NCBI RefSeq assembly: GCF_009834535.1
Contig: NC_045697.1
Span: forward strand, 29,886,001 to 29,950,000
DNA length: 64,000 nucleotides
Direction: 5' to 3'
DNA from: Camelus ferus
Taxonomy: Eukaryota
The position numbers and the translations under genes are program-made. Below are positions 50,339 to 61,589 of the stretch, one piece after another. The notes below the pieces were generated by a model. That model made no database searches. It worked only from the letters and a program-made list of their open reading frames with translations, and was not told the origin of the DNA. Numbering within the stretch: position 1 is the stretch's first letter; each line of letters starts with the position of its first letter.

Positions 50339-50909
50339 TGTTGTGGGAGAGTAGGTTCTTGCCTCACACAGGAAAGAATTCAAGAGCAAGTCACGGTGAA
50401 GCGAAAGCAAGTTTATTCAGAGAGATACACACTCTGTGGAAAGAGAGTGGTCTGTCTCACTCAGAAGGGAAAACAGCTTAGGAGATACACACTCCAGAAA
50501 CAGAATGGGGGCCATCTCAGAATGGGGAGAAGCCGAGAGGTGTGGAGTGTTCAGTTTAAAGTAAAAGCGGATGCAGACTCCATAGACAGTGCAGGCCATC
50601 TCAGAAGGCAGGAGAGAGAGCAGCCATGACGTGTGGGGCTGTTAGGTTTTATGGGATGGATAATTTCATATGCTGATTATTCCAGCTACTTGGGAAAGGG
50701 GCAAGGATTTCCAGGAAACTTCCCTGCTTACTTTTTGACCTTCTACAGTCATCCTTGGAACTGTCCTGCTGCCTGTGGGTGTGCCACAAGGCTCAAGGTC
50801 TACTGGGAGTTGAATCTTCCGCCATCTCAGTTCTCACCAGTTTGTCCTGTCCTCAGTTGCTGTGTCACTTCTTCAGTGGTTGTGCCCTGCCCCCTGGCCT
50901 CCCACTTCA
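50339..50909 (-). mobile_element. MER41-like ERV1 solo LTR
   Basis: TG...CA termini; perfect 4-bp TSD GTTG at 50335-50338 and 50910-50913; gaaagaattcaagagcaagtc, gaaagcaagtttatt and gggaaaggggc..tttccaggaa segments recall MER41. Confidence 0.85.
50709..50717. promoter_or_regulatory. GAS/STAT motif TTCCAGGAA inside the LTR
   Basis: Matches TTCN3GAA, at the position of the second GAS site of MER41 as recalled. Confidence 0.55.
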
Positions 50910-51196
50910 GTTGTATCTTTCTATTGATTATTGATTAATTATATATATATTGACTATAAATCATTTATTTATTATATATTATAAAGTTACATATTATAAA
51001 AATATATTGACTAAGTATTCGATTGACTATGAACAAGAATGTATGCAAGTTTAGAAACACTTATATAGTTGTTTCTCTTTGTTTTCAATTATTATTTGAT
51101 AATTCTCCAATCATGGATATTGTAATATATTTAAAACACCACATTTAAGTTAACTGTTAGCCTCCTACTGTATGTGTAATACAGATTGCGAGTTCG

Positions 51197-51408
51197 CGGC
51201 GGTGACCTGGAGCCAGCGCATACGGCTCAGGAGGGAAGGCCGCTCGTTTCCTCCTCACTCTGCGCAGGGACATCAGCTGAGCTTGAAATCAGCCTTGGCG
51301 GAGGGAGTAGTTCTACCACCGAGATGGGTAAATCCTACACGTCAGGGCTCTTCTCCCCTCCCCACCTCTTGAGAACCAGTTGTTAGGCATTTGGCAGCAT
51401 ACCCTTGG
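51197..51408. mobile_element. MER63-like hAT-Blackjack MITE
   Basis: ctggagccagcgcatacggctc...agcttgaaatcagcc...gagaaccagttgttaggcattt. Confidence 0.75.
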
Positions 51409-52449
51409 CTCTAGCCATCTTGCAGAACGGCTTGATTATAAGGGGTTTTAAAAATATGACCAAGGTCCTCTTAGAGCACATCACATGTTCCAACAACAAC
51501 ACAGTTACATTTTTATTCCCCTTTCCCTTTTTTTCTCTCTCTAGTCTCTTAATGAGGTTACCTCTAGTTAATGAGGTTTCTTAAGATGGTAGGTGGCTGT
51601 TGTTGGTTTTGTTTTGTTTTTGGTTAAACATGGATCGCACCTACTAGGTTTATAACAAATAGCCTTGTTTTTTCTTTAATTTACCTGGGGTAGTGCAGCA
51701 TTATACTGTTTTCTTATGTTTTTTGGTGACACGCTGAAGACAGGACTCCTTCCTTGCTGATGTGGACGGCGCTTGTGGAGGAAACGTTGTAAAGAGAGCT
51801 AAATACAGTGCTGGAGCAATGTTCACTGCCTTGGAAACCAAGATGGCGCTGTTTCCTCACTGGTGGCAGCTGCCACATCGCGGCGTCAGTGGCCCAGTGA
51901 TGAATGGCAGTTTAGTGGGCTGGGATCACCACCTGATGCCTCCATCACAAAGCAGCCAAAAGAACAGATTTCCTGCCATAATCCATTATTTGTAAGTCTA
52001 AAGAACCAGAGGGAGATAAGTAGGGAAATACTCTGCTGTAGAAATGCTTACTAATGGTCTCAAATGAGGCATCTTGTCTTCCTTCCTTCCAGTCCCCTCC
52101 ACTCCCCATTGGGGAGATTTATTCTTTATCCTATAGGGGATCAAGTTGTATATAGCATTATTTTCATTGAATTCTTGGGATATATGTAATGATTTTTTAG
52201 ATACAGAGATTAAAATCCAGCAACATCACAGAGATTGTTACTATTTCATCCCCATGGTGTTGACTGAATTGACAATATATGGGCAGACGTTTTGACATTT
52301 CTCTGGATTTGGGGATTTATTTTCTTATTACACATTTTGAGAAAGAGGCACGTTGAAGACAGAAGGTGGCATAGGCGGTGGGAGGTCAGACCTTTATTTA
52401 CAACTCAGCTTAAGATACGGGAAAATCAGCAGGGACACCGGCATGTTTA

Positions 52450-52555
52450 GGCAGCATAGCCTTCTGGTTAGGAACGTGGGTTGGGAACCAGATTGCCCAG
52501 CTTGGAGTTTTGGCTCTGCCACCTACTGTATGAAACTGGACCAATTACTTAATGG
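52450..52555 (+). mobile_element. MIR 5' part
   Basis: gcagcatagc..tggttaggaacgtgg..tggctctgccacctact. Confidence 0.7.
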
Positions 52556-53399
52556 TCTTAGTAGCACAATTATGGAAAACCACATAAATTCCTAGCTTAG
52601 TTAATTATTTAAGGTGAACAGTCTTGGAATCACTAACTCAAGAAGTAGATCAAATCAAGAAGTAGAATTTTGTCACCCTGGAGGCCCATCCTGGGTTCCC
52701 TCCCGCTGATAATTCCTTCTCTCCTGAACATCACTCTTCTTGTTTTATGTGATCTCTTCCTTGCTTTTCTCCGTAGTTGTGTTGCCCAAGTCATACCAAC
52801 TTTTAAAAGGACAGGCTGTTTGAAGTGTGATCATCCCATCTGTGTAATGAACATTTCACCATGTTCTGTTTTCATTTGGTAATCTGATAACTTGTTTGGG
52901 TGAATTTTAGTAGTTTTCTAACTTCACTTTGATGTGTTTTAAAATACCAAGTACTGACGAAATACAACAGTTTTGTGGTTACTTTGAAACCTTAGCTAAA
53001 GTTTATTCAGTTATTAGAATATCAAATGGTGAAATTGATCAGTTCTTCAGACAGTTCTACAACTGTCACAGGACTGTGTGTACTTGGCGCAGCCTCTAGT
53101 TCCCATACTTTGCCCCAAATCAGAAAGCCAAACTTTGCCCCCAACTTCCTTCCCATCCTCAGGACTAATGTCATGTTGATTTGATGGCCGGCAAGAGCCA
53201 TGTCTGTGTTGTGAGCAGGTGAGAGAGTGGGTTAAATATAAATGAGATGACTGATGGTGAACTGGTAAGTGACTGTCGTCAATGAAAACAAATAGGAGAA
53301 AGTGCTCCTAGAAACAGATGAAGGGGCACTGGACAGGTTTTTAACCTGAGTACTTCCCTGGACTGCTGAATGAATTTCAGCCCTATCTAACTCCAGACA

Positions 53400-53930
53400 A
53401 CATCTTATTATGAATATTTTGAAATGTAACAGTTGTTAACATTTTTTATATCTTATTACATACATACATACACATATTCACATCCCTATTGTTTTCCAAC
53501 CTTTTCAAAATAAATTACAGACATCAGACCCCTTTTCCCCTAAGTACTTTACTGTACATCTCCAAGGTATAAGAACATTCTTCTGCATTTCCACAATGCC
53601 ATTGTCACTCTGCATAAAGTGAAATAATGCCCCAGTATTATCAAATAACCAGTATATATTCAAATTTCCCATTGTGCCCAAAATATCATCTATAAATCTT
53701 CTTTTAAATTAGGGTTTCATTAAGGCACATACAATGCAATTGGTTGTCATGTCTCTTAAGTTTCCTATTCAGGGTAGGAATTCTCCCCTTTTTGTTATGA
53801 CACTAGCTTCTTGGAGATCAATTTTCTTATAAAAATGTGTCATTTTCTGGATTTGCCCAATTGTTTCCTCATGGTCTCATTTAATCCAGACAGTGTATAT
53901 CGGAGTCCGTCGCATCGTGTGATTTTGTAC
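53400..53930 (-). mobile_element. Old L1 (L1MC/ME-like) 3' region
   Basis: aaattacagacatc..cccctaagtacttt..atattcaaatttcc..tctggatttgcccaattgtttcctcatgg. Confidence 0.75.
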
Positions 53931-54129
53931 CCAGCTCTTGCAATGCAGATCCATCTGTGAAGCAGCAAATCTGCCTCAGCTGTCCTCATTGTCTCTTGAG
54001 CGATATTTCTGAACAAAAATTGCAACCACCTGATTTAGACTCTCCAATGTGGGTTTTTTCCTCTCCTTAGATACGAAGCTTGGGGACAAAATAGTGATAG
54101 CACTTCCAATCAGCAGGAAATGTCCACTC

Positions 54130-54290
54130 ATTAATTTCTAACCTTTCATAACCTTGTAAAACAGGCTCCTACAGTCACCTTTTAAAGATTATGGGGCAGG
54201 CTCAGAGAAATCAAGCCATTTGTCCAGTGGCACGTAGCTCCTAAGTGTCAGACCTGAAATTTGGATCCAGAGGTTTTATGTTTCACTGTG
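54130..54290 (-). mobile_element. MIR SINE
   Basis: aggctcagagaaatcaagccatttgtcc..cacgtagctcctaagtgtcagacctgaaatttggatccag. Confidence 0.7.
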
Positions 54291-55029
54291 CTGGGAGCTG
54301 GATGACAGTTCCCTACACTGATTTGTCAAAATCAACAGCGAATTGAAGTATTTATTTAAGGAGCAACATGATACCGAGGTCAAAATAACACTGGCGGAAG
54401 CTATCTCTGCTCCCTGAAGTGGAGACAACGGATTTAGCCCAGAGGCACTCTGCAAGCCCATTTTCTCTCCGGCTTCTTCTTTGTCTTTGCTCTCAAGTCA
54501 ATTGCTATACTTTATGTTATGTTAAAGCTCACTCTGAGTGTCTCCAGTCTTTCTTTACCGGGTCTGTTCTGTCCCTCTGTAAGGTGAGAACAGCCTGAGG
54601 ATGTGCAAACCCACTTGCTGCTGAACCCACTCGCACGTTCCTGGGCTGCCCTGTTTTCTGTGTCTAGAGCACACAGCGGCTCAGTCAGGATTTAACACTC
54701 CCAGGGTTCTTTTAAGCATTTCTTGTATTTTTAATTAGATTTTTTTTTTCAGTGGAGTCTGTCAATCTGGGGCTATAAACAGCGCCTTCTGGTTTTCTGA
54801 TGACATGATGAAAATATAAATGGATTCTGCAGATTGCATTTTATTATCCTCAACATTAACCACTCAGAGCTAGTACTGGAGAGGATGTGGTCTGGTAACA
54901 TTGATTAAATAACCTTAGGCTTGGACTTCTGTGCTGTTTCTTTGCCAACCCAAACTGAATAGATATAAGAAGCTAGTGTTGTTAAAGAGAGGGTAGCAAT
55001 GTAACTGCCATAAGAATACGCACCTTCAG

Positions 55030-55205
55030 AAGGCAGTGGGGTGGGGCAGTGACGTTCTGGCCTGGGTGAAGGGAGGCCTGGTTCTAGACTCATCCTTGCT
55101 GATAGCTAGCTTGTGACCTCGAGCAAGTCACTTAATTTTCAGGACATTATTTTTTCTTATCTGTAAAATGAAGAGGTGGTATATGTAACTTGGACTCATT
55201 CTGAT
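55030..55205 (+). mobile_element. MIR/MIR3 SINE
   Basis: tgtgacctcgagcaagtcacttaa..cttatctgtaaaatgaag. Confidence 0.8.
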
Positions 55206-55229
55206 GTAGTGAGAAGGGACACAGGATGG

Positions 55230-56300
55230 ATCTATAAAAAGATCTCTGGATGCTGTGTGGGAGATGCTTGTGGAGGGACCAGAGAGGAAGCAGAGGGACC
55301 ACAAAGGTGGCTGGTGCAGTTTTTTAGCTGAGAGGTGATAGAGGCTTGGACTAGTGTGGTAGTGTAGAGACAGGGGGAAAAGGATGGATCTAAAATACAT
55401 CTTGGCAGGGGGAGGATATAGCTCAGTGTTAGACAGCATGCCTAGCATGCATGAGGTCCTGGGTTCAATACCCAGTACCTCCATTAAATAAAAAAATACA
55501 TAAATAAACCTAATTACCCCCCCCCCCAATACAATACATTTGGAGAGAGGAACATTGTTCTTCTTGATGGTTTGAATGTGTCTGTATGTCACTAGCGATG
55601 GAAGATGGTGGTACCATTCATTGATATGGAGAAGACCAGAAGTGGAACAGCTTGGATCAGAGGACAGACATAACGAATTTTGTTTTGATCTTGTTAAGTG
55701 TGAAATATTTATTAGGTACCCAAGTGGAGATGTTGAGTAAGAAATTGGATATTTGATTCTGGACTTCAGGAAAGAAGGGTCAACATAGAAAATGAATGAC
55801 ATAGCAACATAGACAATGCCACACAGAAAAACGTATGAGGTGTCAAATGCAAGATAAAGGCAAGATATTTAAACTCATAAACATGGATGAGTTATGTGAA
55901 TGGATGTGAGATATTTAAAGACCCATACATGTAAATGAATGATTGTGAGATATTTAAAGACCTGGGACTTCTCAGGGAAGAGGAGTGTGTGGCTAGAGGG
56001 AGAACAAAGAAAAAGTGAAGAAAAGGAGAAAAAGAATCATATTTTACACTTAGGAAATGAATGCAGTAGAATTACCTAAGGCAACAGAGAAAGGAGTATT
56101 TACTGAATGAGACAGAAGGAAAACCAGGAGTGTCTGGCAGTGGGGGGGCCTTGGAGAGGCAAGTGGTCTGAAAAGGAAGGAGTGGTTGACTGTCATGCTG
56201 CGGAGACTGATTGAGATCAGATGAGAAACTGTCTGTTGGATCAGACAGTGTGGCAGTATTAGGATTGAAGAGGAGAACCAGTAAAGCATGGCATCATTTT
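55230..56300 (-). mobile_element. L2 with nested SINE
   Basis: gaggcttggactagtgtggtag..ttttgttttgatcttgttaagtgtgaa..ccaagtggagatgttgagt. Confidence 0.8.
55408..55532 (+). mobile_element. Camelid tRNA-derived SINE (Vic-1-like)
   Basis: GGGGGAGGATATAGCTCAGTG (A box); GGTTCAATACC B box 55462-55472; ...ataaacctaattacccc; imperfect TSD aatacatcttgg / aatacatttgg. Confidence 0.93.
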
Positions 56301-56394
56301 AAGATCAGGAAGGAGAGATCTGCAAAAAGAGTACTGGAAGAAGAGAAATCAAGAATGAGATCCATGGCAATTCCAGCATTGTTGTCAATATTGA

Positions 56395-56620
56395 CAGTGA
56401 CACTTACTGAGCTCTCACTGTGGGTCAGGCACTGTAGGAAGGGTTTGACTTTCATTTACTCTTATGCAGTCCATTGGTTCTTCATGCATTTGGAGGAGGT
56501 ACAGTTGTCACTTTGTAGGTGGGGAAGCTGAGTCTTGGTGGAAGTTCCTTAATCTGCATATGATCTAGCTTGTGCTGGTGGGGCTCAGAGTCAGATTTTA
56601 AGTCGACTCTTAACCCTTTA
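56395..56620 (-). mobile_element. MIR SINE
   Basis: cacttactgagctctcactg..caggcactg..tgtaggtggggaagctgag. Confidence 0.7.
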
Positions 56621-57394
56621 AGAATCTTCAGTGAATTCAAAGAGGACAGGTGGCTGAGCTATGATGAGAAGAGTAACAGGTACAGGCTTGCATATTCGGA
56701 CTCTGGAAGGAAGGAGAAAAACAGGACGGTGGCTGACGGGGCTGGATTGAATTAGGGTTTTCAGGAAAAGAGGGAAATCGTTATGCTATCAGCAGAGAGA
56801 TGAAGGATGCTGTGGAGCGAGGGGTAAGGTTGAGATGAAGGTAGCACCTGGGGATAGGAAGGGATGGGATTCAGAGCCTTGCTAGAGGAAAAAGAAAGTG
56901 CATTTCTTTATTTTGAGCTAGCAGGAAAAGATGAAAAGATATGTGTAGAGGTGGAATCTTAAGGAATGTGTGTGGGGCCAGGGGTGATGGTGCTAAAGGA
57001 AAGTCTGGCTGAATGGTCTCAGTCTCACTGTGATTCCAAAAGCAAGGTCCTTGGCTGTAAAACGGGGATAGCTGAGTCCATGAGGAAGTCATTCTGGGAC
57101 CATCCCTTCAGGAATGAGGAGTTCGTGGGAAATGGGGAGAATAATTGCCAAAGAACCTTTCCCTTGCCCCATCTTCTGCGATGTCTCTGTTGTTTCAGGT
57201 TCAGCTACAACCCACAGTTCTGACGTACAGGTCCTTTACCAGGTGGGCTATGCCTACTGTGGCACTTACCTCCTCCCTGCCTCTCCCTGTTCTCAGCCCT
57301 TAGGACTTCTCCTCTTTGCTCAAATAAACCTTAGTGCAGGTCTTCACGTCCGCCTGGTGCCCTGCTTCCTCGCCTTCCTTTGAGGACTCCTTTC

Positions 57395-57560
57395 TAAGTT
57401 TCTTAACCTCCCTGTGCCTAGGTTTCCTTGACTTTAAAACAGGAACAATAATAATCCCACCTCATAGGGCTGTTATGAGGATTGAATAAATTAATATGTG
57501 GCAAATGCTTAGGACAGAGAGAGCATAAGGAAATTGCTATTTAAATATAAACTATTATCG
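57395..57560 (+). mobile_element. MIR SINE
   Basis: cttaacctccctgtgcctaggtttcc..cacctcatagggctgttatgaggatt. Confidence 0.9.
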
Positions 57561-59129
57561 TTCAGCTATTTCTTTAGTTGTACAATTTGTGTTGATTACG
57601 TGCTCCATGCTCTTGTCCATTTTTTCCCTCCAACACCAACTACTGTTTTGTCATGTTTTATCTTTCCCCCTGGATTGTGGGTTCTTACTGGGTAGGGTCC
57701 AGATCTTGTTATTTTTGGTCTCACTCACATCTACCTCTTGCACTGCCTGGCCTGAAGTAGGCACTTGGTAGATGATTGATCGGTTGATTGCTAATTCTGG
57801 CTTAGATGAGTATGATTTAAGATGGTTTATGAAGAGTTTCCGTAGAATTTTGATTTGATTTTTCTAGCAACACTATTACAGAGATGGAAATAGCAGTGGG
57901 TTTATTTTTCAGTAAGTGTGAAAAATAAGAGCGATTCTGTTCTGCTTCATTTTACAATTTAGGTGTAAAAATTTTCAGAAATGTTCTTTTTGTTAAATAA
58001 GTTAAGTGTGATCAGAAGAGAAGTGAAGATAATGAGCTGCAAATAATCTTCTCCAGTGAATTAAAGAGTGTGACTTTCATTTACTGTTGATAGATGGAAA
58101 TCAAACCTCCTGAAAAGCATACCTGTTTTTGAACAATTTAGAGAAAATGTCCTTGTCTTTCAAAAGTTAAATGAAAGTATAGTAAATTATGTATTTTTTT
58201 CAACTGCTTCAATACAGGGACCATTATTTTGTCAGCCAATAGAATCTCTCCTTAAGATCATAATAGTAGGGTTTCCAACATTTATTGAAAATCGTCTTCA
58301 GACCTGCAGTTTATTAGTGGACTGACTTTGTCCACCAGATTGCTTAAAAAAAAACCAAAAACTAAAGATTAATGAAAATATTTCTGAAGTACAATTTGTA
58401 TAAATTGGTAATGATCAGGCTGAGAGACATATTCTTGGTAGTCTTTGTTCTTGGCGATTACTTAGTAACAATGGTGACAAAGTAATTAGCAAAGTGTTGC
58501 ATTATGATATATAATGTGTCACATTATAAACACATCATAAAAATGTTACCATAAAATTGTGTGGGTTTTCTTTATTAGACTGGTTTTCTAAAAGTCCTCC
58601 ATATTTCAGTTTTTTGAATGGTTTAGAGCTGTGCCATTGACAGACAAACTCAGAGACTATAGGAAGGAAATCAAATACAGATGAACTTATCACTCAATAG
58701 TTACTGGCATAAAATAGCGTGATGATACATCATGAGGTCCTCTTGCTTCTGCTTTTGGTTTGATTGCTAAGGTAGAAGAAAGGTTTTGTTTTCCTTAAGA
58801 GCATTAAGGCTTTGGTAAATTATCCATTCACTGACTATTTTAATCTGACATAGCATGCCCCTCCAACAGATGGAGGAATGAGAGTGAATTAATCCTAAAC
58901 CATTAAGTAGGGGAAACAAATCTGATATTGGGCTTTCCTGAAAGACATATAGGGCATAGTTGGTGATGTAATTGTCAGCACAAATACTTCTGAGGACCCC
59001 CATGAATGGGGGAGATGTATGCAAGTTCATTATGTCCACTCTTAAAATCATGGTGGTATCCAATAGTGTTGTCCATGCACTCCTAGCAGCTGTTTTTTTT
59101 TTTCACTTTGAATATCTTTAGAAAACCGT

Positions 59130-59420
59130 AGGAACTTTTGCTTTTACTATAAATGGGATGGGGAAGTATTTGGGAGAGGGGAGTTGAGTGGAGTAGTGAC
59201 TTGATCTAGCTTGACAGGATTACCCTGGTTGCTGCGTTGAGGGTAGATGGAAGGGAGACAGGGATGGAGGCAGTGAGCCAGTTAAGAGAGACTTCCATCT
59301 AGGTGTTAGGATGATAATGGCTTGAAATTGAACTAAGGTGTTAGAGTGGAGGCAGTGAGAAGTGTCTGGATTCTGCTAAATTCTGAAGGGTGAAGCAACA
59401 GGATTTGTTGGTGGGTATGA
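59130..59420 (-). mobile_element. L2 fragment
   Basis: ggattaccctggttgctg..gatgataatggcttg..ggaggcagtgagaagtg. Confidence 0.75.
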
Positions 59421-60089
59421 CTGGGTATGAAAGATCAGGGTCAGGCATGACTCAGCTGAACAACTGCAAGGGTAGAGTTGTAGGACTAATTGATCACATG
59501 GGTGAGCATCAGCAAGGTGTGGAGAGCCGGATTTGGAGGCATGGTAAAGTGCTCTCGACATTTCATGCTGCTCTTCCCGTTAGCCCCTGAATGCTCCTGA
59601 ACCGGGGCTCTCTCCCCACCCACCCCACGTCCCTGATCTCCACTGCAGATCCTCTTTAAGAGCTCTACTGATCTTCCCATCCTGTTCTGCGCTCTTGGAG
59701 AGTGATCATGAGCTGATGGTTTGGCCAGTGTCTTATCTGGAAGGTTACCTAGAATCCTCCATCAGTAGGGATCCAGGTGGGAAGGTTAGTGCAGAGTCTC
59801 GCAACCTGTTTTCATTTCTCCTGCTCATGGACTGTTGGGAATGGTGGGTGATTCTTGACAACTATTTTGTTTCTTGGTTTTTTGTTTTTGTTTTTATGTT
59901 TTCATAGCAATGGCTTATGCTGTTACAAAGGGAATAGTAGTTAGCAGTCTTTATAGTTAAAATATACAATATGTGACCCTGTGAATGTATCGTAATGATG
60001 TTGCTGAGAGGGATCGTTGAGACAGGTCATCCAGAATCCTGATTCCAGTGGAAGGTCCTCCCTTTCTGATTCTGAACTGCTGGCTCAGT

Positions 60090-60275
60090 TTAGTATGCAA
60101 GGTCAGCGCTTTGCAAAATTTACTTCGTGTGTGAATCACATGGGGATCTTTTTTAAACGGCTGTCTGATTAAGTAGGTCTTGGAGAGGGTGGGAGGACTG
60201 AGAGCCTGTATGTCTTACATTAATTCCAGGTGAAGATGCTGTGCTGCTGCTGCTGGTCTGAGGACTGCACTTTTA
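60090..60275. mobile_element. MER5-like MITE
   Basis: gaatcacatggggatcttttttaaa..ctgattaagtaggtct..ccaggtgaagatgctg..ggactgcactttt. Confidence 0.7.
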
Positions 60276-61589
60276 AGTGGCATAGTCCTTGTTGAGTTTC
60301 TGGAGTCTGTTTAGCTGTTGACCCTCCTAACAAACATCCAGGTACCTCTACACTGAATAACCTGGGCTTGGAAGAATGGATAGCATTTGGACCAGTAGAG
60401 AGCAGTGTGAAGGCTGTGCTGGAGAGGCTGGAAGAAGGCAGAGCAGGAGGAACAGAGGTGGAAATGAGCACCTGCCTTCAAATGCATGGCGCATCCTCCC
60501 ACCTCCAGGATTAGGAGCCTACAAAATTGAATTTTATCAGGCTACAGCTTAATTAGCAGGGTGGCCTTGGACTATTAAATTGACTCAAAATTTTTTAGTG
60601 GTTGTGCCTCACATGCAAGATGATTTTTGAATAGTACATGGGGATTTTAGTTGGTCCATGGGTCACCAATATTTTCATATAATCTTAATAGTTACCTTAC
60701 CGTCTGTTTACAGTAGGAGTTTAGATATCTGCTTTCCTCACCCGTCTGTGAGCTTTCTGCATGCAGCGGCCGCGTCTCATTCGTGTTTCTCTCGCTAGGC
60801 CCTGCTCATTATCACTCAGGAAATGGACAGAGGCCTGGCTTAACTTAGCCAGAGATTCTGTAAGAGATGTAGCTAAACTATCCTGGGTTCTCAATGTTAG
60901 CACCATTTACACTAGACTGTAATACTTTTAACAAAAATGTAAAGACCTGAAAAAAATATTTTCAAAACTTTCTAATCACTTCTTGGTGAATAGAGTTTAG
61001 TTTTACAGAGAATATTAGTAATGTTTTGAGAATATAAATCAGGACTAATAGATTCAGGAGAGAAAATGCTATAGTTTTTAAAGTCTGTGGTGAAAGTTTT
61101 AGCTTTTTAAAGGCTTTCTTTATTCTTTGGTTCCTTTCTTAATTTTTTATTTTGGGGGAAAAGCTAAATATTTGCAAACTGTAAGGAACTACCTTTTATC
61201 TATTTTCTCTCCTTCCCTCAAATAAAAATGAGAGAATATTAACAAAGGAATATTTTTGAGGCCATGTGTTATATTGGCTTGTGAATTGCCTTTCTAGTGG
61301 GAGTGGTCATCAGGTTGTTTTATAATAGAACTTGAACTTCGATTTACAAGAAGAGTTGGGAACACTTAGTTCCCTTAGACTGCTCTTTTAAAAAACCCAA
61401 AAAACCTTGTTTGGTTTTTTTGATGATTAAAATAATATGTATTAATTGGAGAAAGTTTTAGGAAAATAGGGAAATTTTTAAAGAAGAAAATACAAATCAC
61501 ATCTGATTCCCACCATGAAGAGATAAGATGTTGGCGTATTTCCTCCCACTCTCTCTCTGTCTATATATGTGTGTATGTGTGTGTGTGTA

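Noticed and set aside
55408..55482. tRNA-like sequence (also at 1670-1747 and 63570-63636)
   Set aside because: SINE heads with AT-rich tails and mutated stems; not functional tRNAs
55128..55802. Longest ORF (224 aa, minus strand)
   Set aside because: Runs through L2, SINE and MIR sequence; the MEVLGIEPRTSCML segment is the antisense SINE head
58720..58800. C-box-like GTGATGA (similar motifs near 21535, 36146 and 54805) as possible snoRNAs
   Set aside because: No suitably spaced D box with a terminal stem found
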